A stretch of 64,000 bases of DNA from Squalus acanthias (lineage: Eukaryota): the NCBI GenBank assembly GCA_030390025.1, contig CM059431.1, forward strand, positions 137,270,001 to 137,334,000. Reading direction: 5' to 3'. Positions 59,840-64,000 of this stretch are shown piece by piece; within the stretch, counting starts at the first letter, position 1; each line of letters starts with the position of its first letter. A program made the translations under genes and the position numbers. Under the pieces are notes generated by a model, which did not search any database, was not told the DNA's origin, and saw only the letters and a list, made by a program, of their open reading frames with translations.

Positions 59840-61599
59840 AGGAGGCCACCTTGAAGAGGCTTGTCATTTGCCCTGCCAAGTGTCACTTGCCCTCATACCG
59901 TTTAATGCAGCATCATTACACCCTTACGAGATATCATTATTGCTGCTGCTGGTGTGCAGGCATAATACTCACTGCACCTCCAAAACAACCTGTATAAAGT
60001 GCTTTAAAATGTTTCTGGGAGATGTGACAAGGTGTTAGGTTTACCTGTCCTATATCGGAATTTGTACATCTACATTAATTTCCTCCATTCGCTTCACTTT
60101 TATTAAGGATACCTCCTGTATGAACGGGCCATGCTGTAATTACACGCTCCTTCCAGTGGTGGTGCTGTAGAGCCTCAGTTTGACGTCTCCCAGCTCCTCG
60201 AAATATACCACGGAAAAGCCAAATCCACATCTCTGTTTTTGAAGTTGTTATTTACCTCGGTTACTGAACATAAATAATAACATGACATCAGGAAACGTAA
60301 AGATGTTTATTTTTAAGGGAATTAGCAATTGAAGCAGATGGAAGGTGAGGTGAATTTGTCTCTCGCAGCGAGTTGTTATGATTTGGAATGCAGTGCTCTG
60401 AAAGGGTGGTGGAAGCAGTTTCTATAGTAACTTGGAAAATTAATTGGATAAATGCTAAAGGGGAAAATGTGCAGGGCTAGGGGGAAGAAGCAGGGGAGCG
60501 GGAATAAATGGAGGCACTTTCACAGAGCCGGCACAGGAACGAGTTTCTTGATCATGCAATCAAATTAATCAAAGAGCTTGTTGAAAATAATGTCTGTCAT
60601 TTTTTTCAGTAACTGAATGTCTAATCTTCAAAATAACGTTCTAAATAAAAACAAAAATTTCATTTTCGCATCAACATCATTAAATCTAATGATTGCATTG
60701 TTTTTAATATTTATTTGAGGGTCTTGCATGAAGATTTACCTTCAAAGCCTCAGCATGTCTCAAAACTTGGGTTTACATGAAAAGTTTTAACCTCTGAATA
60801 GTTGAATAAATCTTTCAAAGACACATGTACATTCTGAGTTGTTCGAATTTCTGGATACCAGAAAGTCGTGTTTCATATTTCCCCCAACTACCGAACTCCA
60901 GAGCCGTTCTCTGTGTTCACAAACCTTTAGGCCACATTCCCAATGCTGCCTGATCCCAGGTCTTGCCCAGTGCTCTAACACCCTTAGATCCCCAATCATT
61001 TTCCCAAGGTCCTAATACTAATGCTAAACCGTGAGACCTCAATGTACACAAAAATACATCGATGTTCCAACGCGGAAACAATCCATTCCGCCCTACCAGT
61101 CAATGGCTTTCTTTATCTTCCACACGAGCAAATAGCTCCAATCATATTGACCCGCCCTGTTCATACTCTTTTGCGAATTTGAAGGTAATTGACAGAAGAA
61201 CCTGGGGCGACATGAGGGAACTTTTTTTGCACAGAGAGTTGTTCTGATCGGGAATGCAATACTTGAAAGGGTGGTGGGGGCAGTTTCAATATTAAATTGA
61301 AAATGGAATTGGAAACGACGTTAATTGCTGCTGCAAAATCCGCCCTACGGGATGTTATTAAACAAGGAGAGTTTCTTCTGCCCATGTGCTCCTAATTTAT
61401 AGGAGAGGGGAGTCTCTCACTTTTTCCCCATTAAATTAGGTCTACAACGACTTCAGATATAATTTGCGTAAAATCATTTGCGGAGATTACGGAAGTTCCT
61501 TCCAAGAGCGGGGCCTCACACAGAGGGACGATTATTCGAAATTCACAAATTCATTGTCCCCGTTTACACATAAGCTGATAAGGGACAGCTCGATCAGGC

Positions 61600-62610
61600 T
61601 GCAAATGAATGAATGGAAAGCGAGGTTTGTCGTGGTTCATGTCGGGAACAGTGACAAATGGCAAAAAGGGAGGAGTTCTTGCTGAGGGAGTATGTGGAGT
61701 CAGGAGCTAAATTAAAAACCAGGTCTTCAAGGGTTCTAATCTCAGGATTATTACCCGGCCCACGTGCTAATTACCACAGAGGTAAACAGACCAGGAAGCT
61801 GAACACGTGGCTGGATGAGTGGTGTGGGAGGGAGGGGCTCCATTTCTAAGGACACTTTTAAAAGTACTGGGCCAAGAGATAGCTGTGCCGTTGGCACAAG
61901 CTGTACCTGAACCGGGCTGAAACCAAGTTCCTAGTGGAAAGGATAAGTAGCCTGGCAAAAATTGGCATTAAACAATTAAATGGGGTGGGGGAGGGCTCAG
62001 TGATAAACAACAGTAAAAATGATAATTCAACGATAATAAGGATAAGAGCAGATTTCAGTCACCACGTGATACTCCAGTGAAGGGAATACTAAAATAATTA
62101 AAGTAGTTACAGCAGGCGAGACACATAAGAAAGGTGTTAATTTAAACGATGTAAGAAAGAAGGCATTAGGTAAAAGAAGTGTGTTATATACTAATGTATG
62201 GGGTGTAAGAAACAAATTGAATGAATTGGAGGCTCAAATATGTCAAATGGATCCGAGTTTGCTGATGATACAAAGTTGGGTGTGAAAGTAAGGTGTGAGG
62301 GCAGATGCAAAGATGATGCAAAGCGATATAGACAGGTTAAGTGAGTGGGAAAGTACATGGCAGATTGAATATAACATGGAGAAGTGTGAAGTTATCCACT
62401 TTGGTAAGAAAAATAGAAAAACAGAATATTTTTAACTGGTGAGAAAACTGGTCATCTTGGAATTCATAGGGAACTGGGTGTCCTTGAACACTACAAGTTA
62501 GCCTGCAGGTGGAGCAAGCAATTAGGAAAGCAAATGGTATATTAGCTTTTATTACACCAAGGATTGGAGTATCAGAGTAAATAAGTCTTACTGCAATTAT
62601 CTAAGTCCTT
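61600..62610 (+). mobile_element. Highly degraded CR1 ORF1/ORF2 fragments
   Basis: VVVHVGNSD and RVLISGLLP (ORF1 esterase); FADDTK near 62260. Confidence 0.75.
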
Positions 62611-63580
62611 GCTGGGCTCTGCAGTCATTGAGAATGGGGATGTTCATGGAGCCATCTCCTCCGGTTAATTGTTTAATTGTCCACAACCATTCATGACAGG
62701 GTGTGGTAGGACTGCAGAGCTTTGATCTGATCCATTTGTTGTGGGGTCGCTTAGCTCAGTCTTTATCATGCTGCACCGCTATTTAGCATGCACGTAGTCC
62801 AGTGCTGTAGCTTCACCAGATTGGCACCACATTTTCAGGTATGTCCGGTGCTGCTCCTGGCCTGCTCTTCTACACTCTTCATTGAACCAGGGATGTTCCC
62901 CTAGCTTGATGGTAATGGCAGAGTGATGGATATGCCGGGCCATTATTAGATCGCACAGGAAACCTGGTTCCAATGATTCGAGGTTGAACCGTACTGGGGA
63001 GAGTAATTTCACTTTATGCAGCACAGGCAAGGCTTAATACATTCCAGTATTCGCACAGCAGTTTACAGAGGACACATGAGAATTATATTACTCCGTTATC
63101 CTATGGATAGAAACGCAACTGTGATTAAGCTGCGCCCTGTGATTCTGGACTCACTTCTCTCTTTGTCTCCCGGGTGTCTCCGTGAATCTTCCTGAAATCG
63201 TCCACACTTTGTGTCTATTAAAATCCCCTTGTTATGCCCTAACTCTCACTCAAAACCTTTCATATGGAGTCCTACTGAAACAATCGCATGCTGACACCTA
63301 AAAGCCCCCAAATCCAATCACAGAGATGCCACATCCGCACCAACTTGGCTTACGCAGGTTCTAGACTTATGACACACTTACATCTTCTGCTTTTGACCAT
63401 CAAGACTCATATTTGGGGTAGTTATGGCAGAACAACGGAACATGTCTCCAGGGGGAAGAGATATGGCGTCCTTGCTGTTTCTGTGAAAGGTTTATGTTTT
63501 AGTTTCACTGCAGACATCATAACATTCCAACACAGCGGCAGCGACACCTGACCTTGCTTCCCCGGCTAGCTGCACTCTAC

Positions 63581-64000
63581 GGCCCGTATGGTCCGACTCC
63601 CACGGATGTGTACGAGCTGTGTACACACCCGTAGGGGCCTTTCAAATGCCTGTTTCAGGCATGCGAAGCAAATGCGCTGAAAACCGGCACTTTCGATCTG
63701 ATCCTCCGCCTGCCCTGGAGAAGATCCTCTGCGAGTGGAGAGTTCCGCTTTCTGCAGAACTCCACCCGCTGAAAACCTTTAAAAATCTCACGCCTGGAAA
63801 AAGCAGGTGTAAGGCCTTCTTTTACCAGCATAAGTGTTTAAAAAAGTAAAAAATATATCTTGTTTTACTCATTTATAATTTAAAAATACTTTTAAAAAGG
63901 TAAGTTTATTTTAGCCCCGTAAAAAACTTTCAATTATTGTTTTCCAAAAATTAAATTTTTGTTTAAAATATTTAATTTAATGTAATTTTAACTCATTTTA
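63581..64000 (+). mobile_element. Probable Harbinger-related element end, running off the window
   Basis: ggcccgtat..cccgtaggggcc..ggcatgcgaagc..gatctg resembles the reverse complement of 7735-7863. Confidence 0.5.

Overview
Eukaryotic, repeat-dense vertebrate DNA. The repeat content (CR1/HER1-type LINEs, HE1-like V-SINEs, a DeuSINE, a GPR139-like receptor array) points to a cartilaginous fish (shark); this is an inference from recognised repeat families. Most of the window is transposon debris: many nested CR1 LINEs (one stack five levels deep at 14.8-27.5 kb), a full-length decayed Ty3/Gypsy LTR element with 5-bp TSD (31061-35573), two Penelope-like fragments each ending in a hammerhead ribozyme motif, a decayed PIF/Harbinger transposase, SINEs and several minisatellites. 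Every recognisable host gene appears disabled: two tandem GPR139-like GPCR copies (each with one in-frame TGA), three degenerate tRNA genes (Trp, Lys, Ser) and a frameshifted B3GALT5-like glycosyltransferase. Most notable: the Gypsy element has no tRNA primer-binding site, and the sequence in that position is a perfect 13-nt complement of its own LTR across the poly(A) signal; the two hammerheads covary; a V-SINE subfamily appears to have swapped its LINE-derived tail; and a LINE carries a tRNA-like 5' head with no ORF1. Repeat boundaries were read by eye and are approximate unless a TSD or splice site is quoted.
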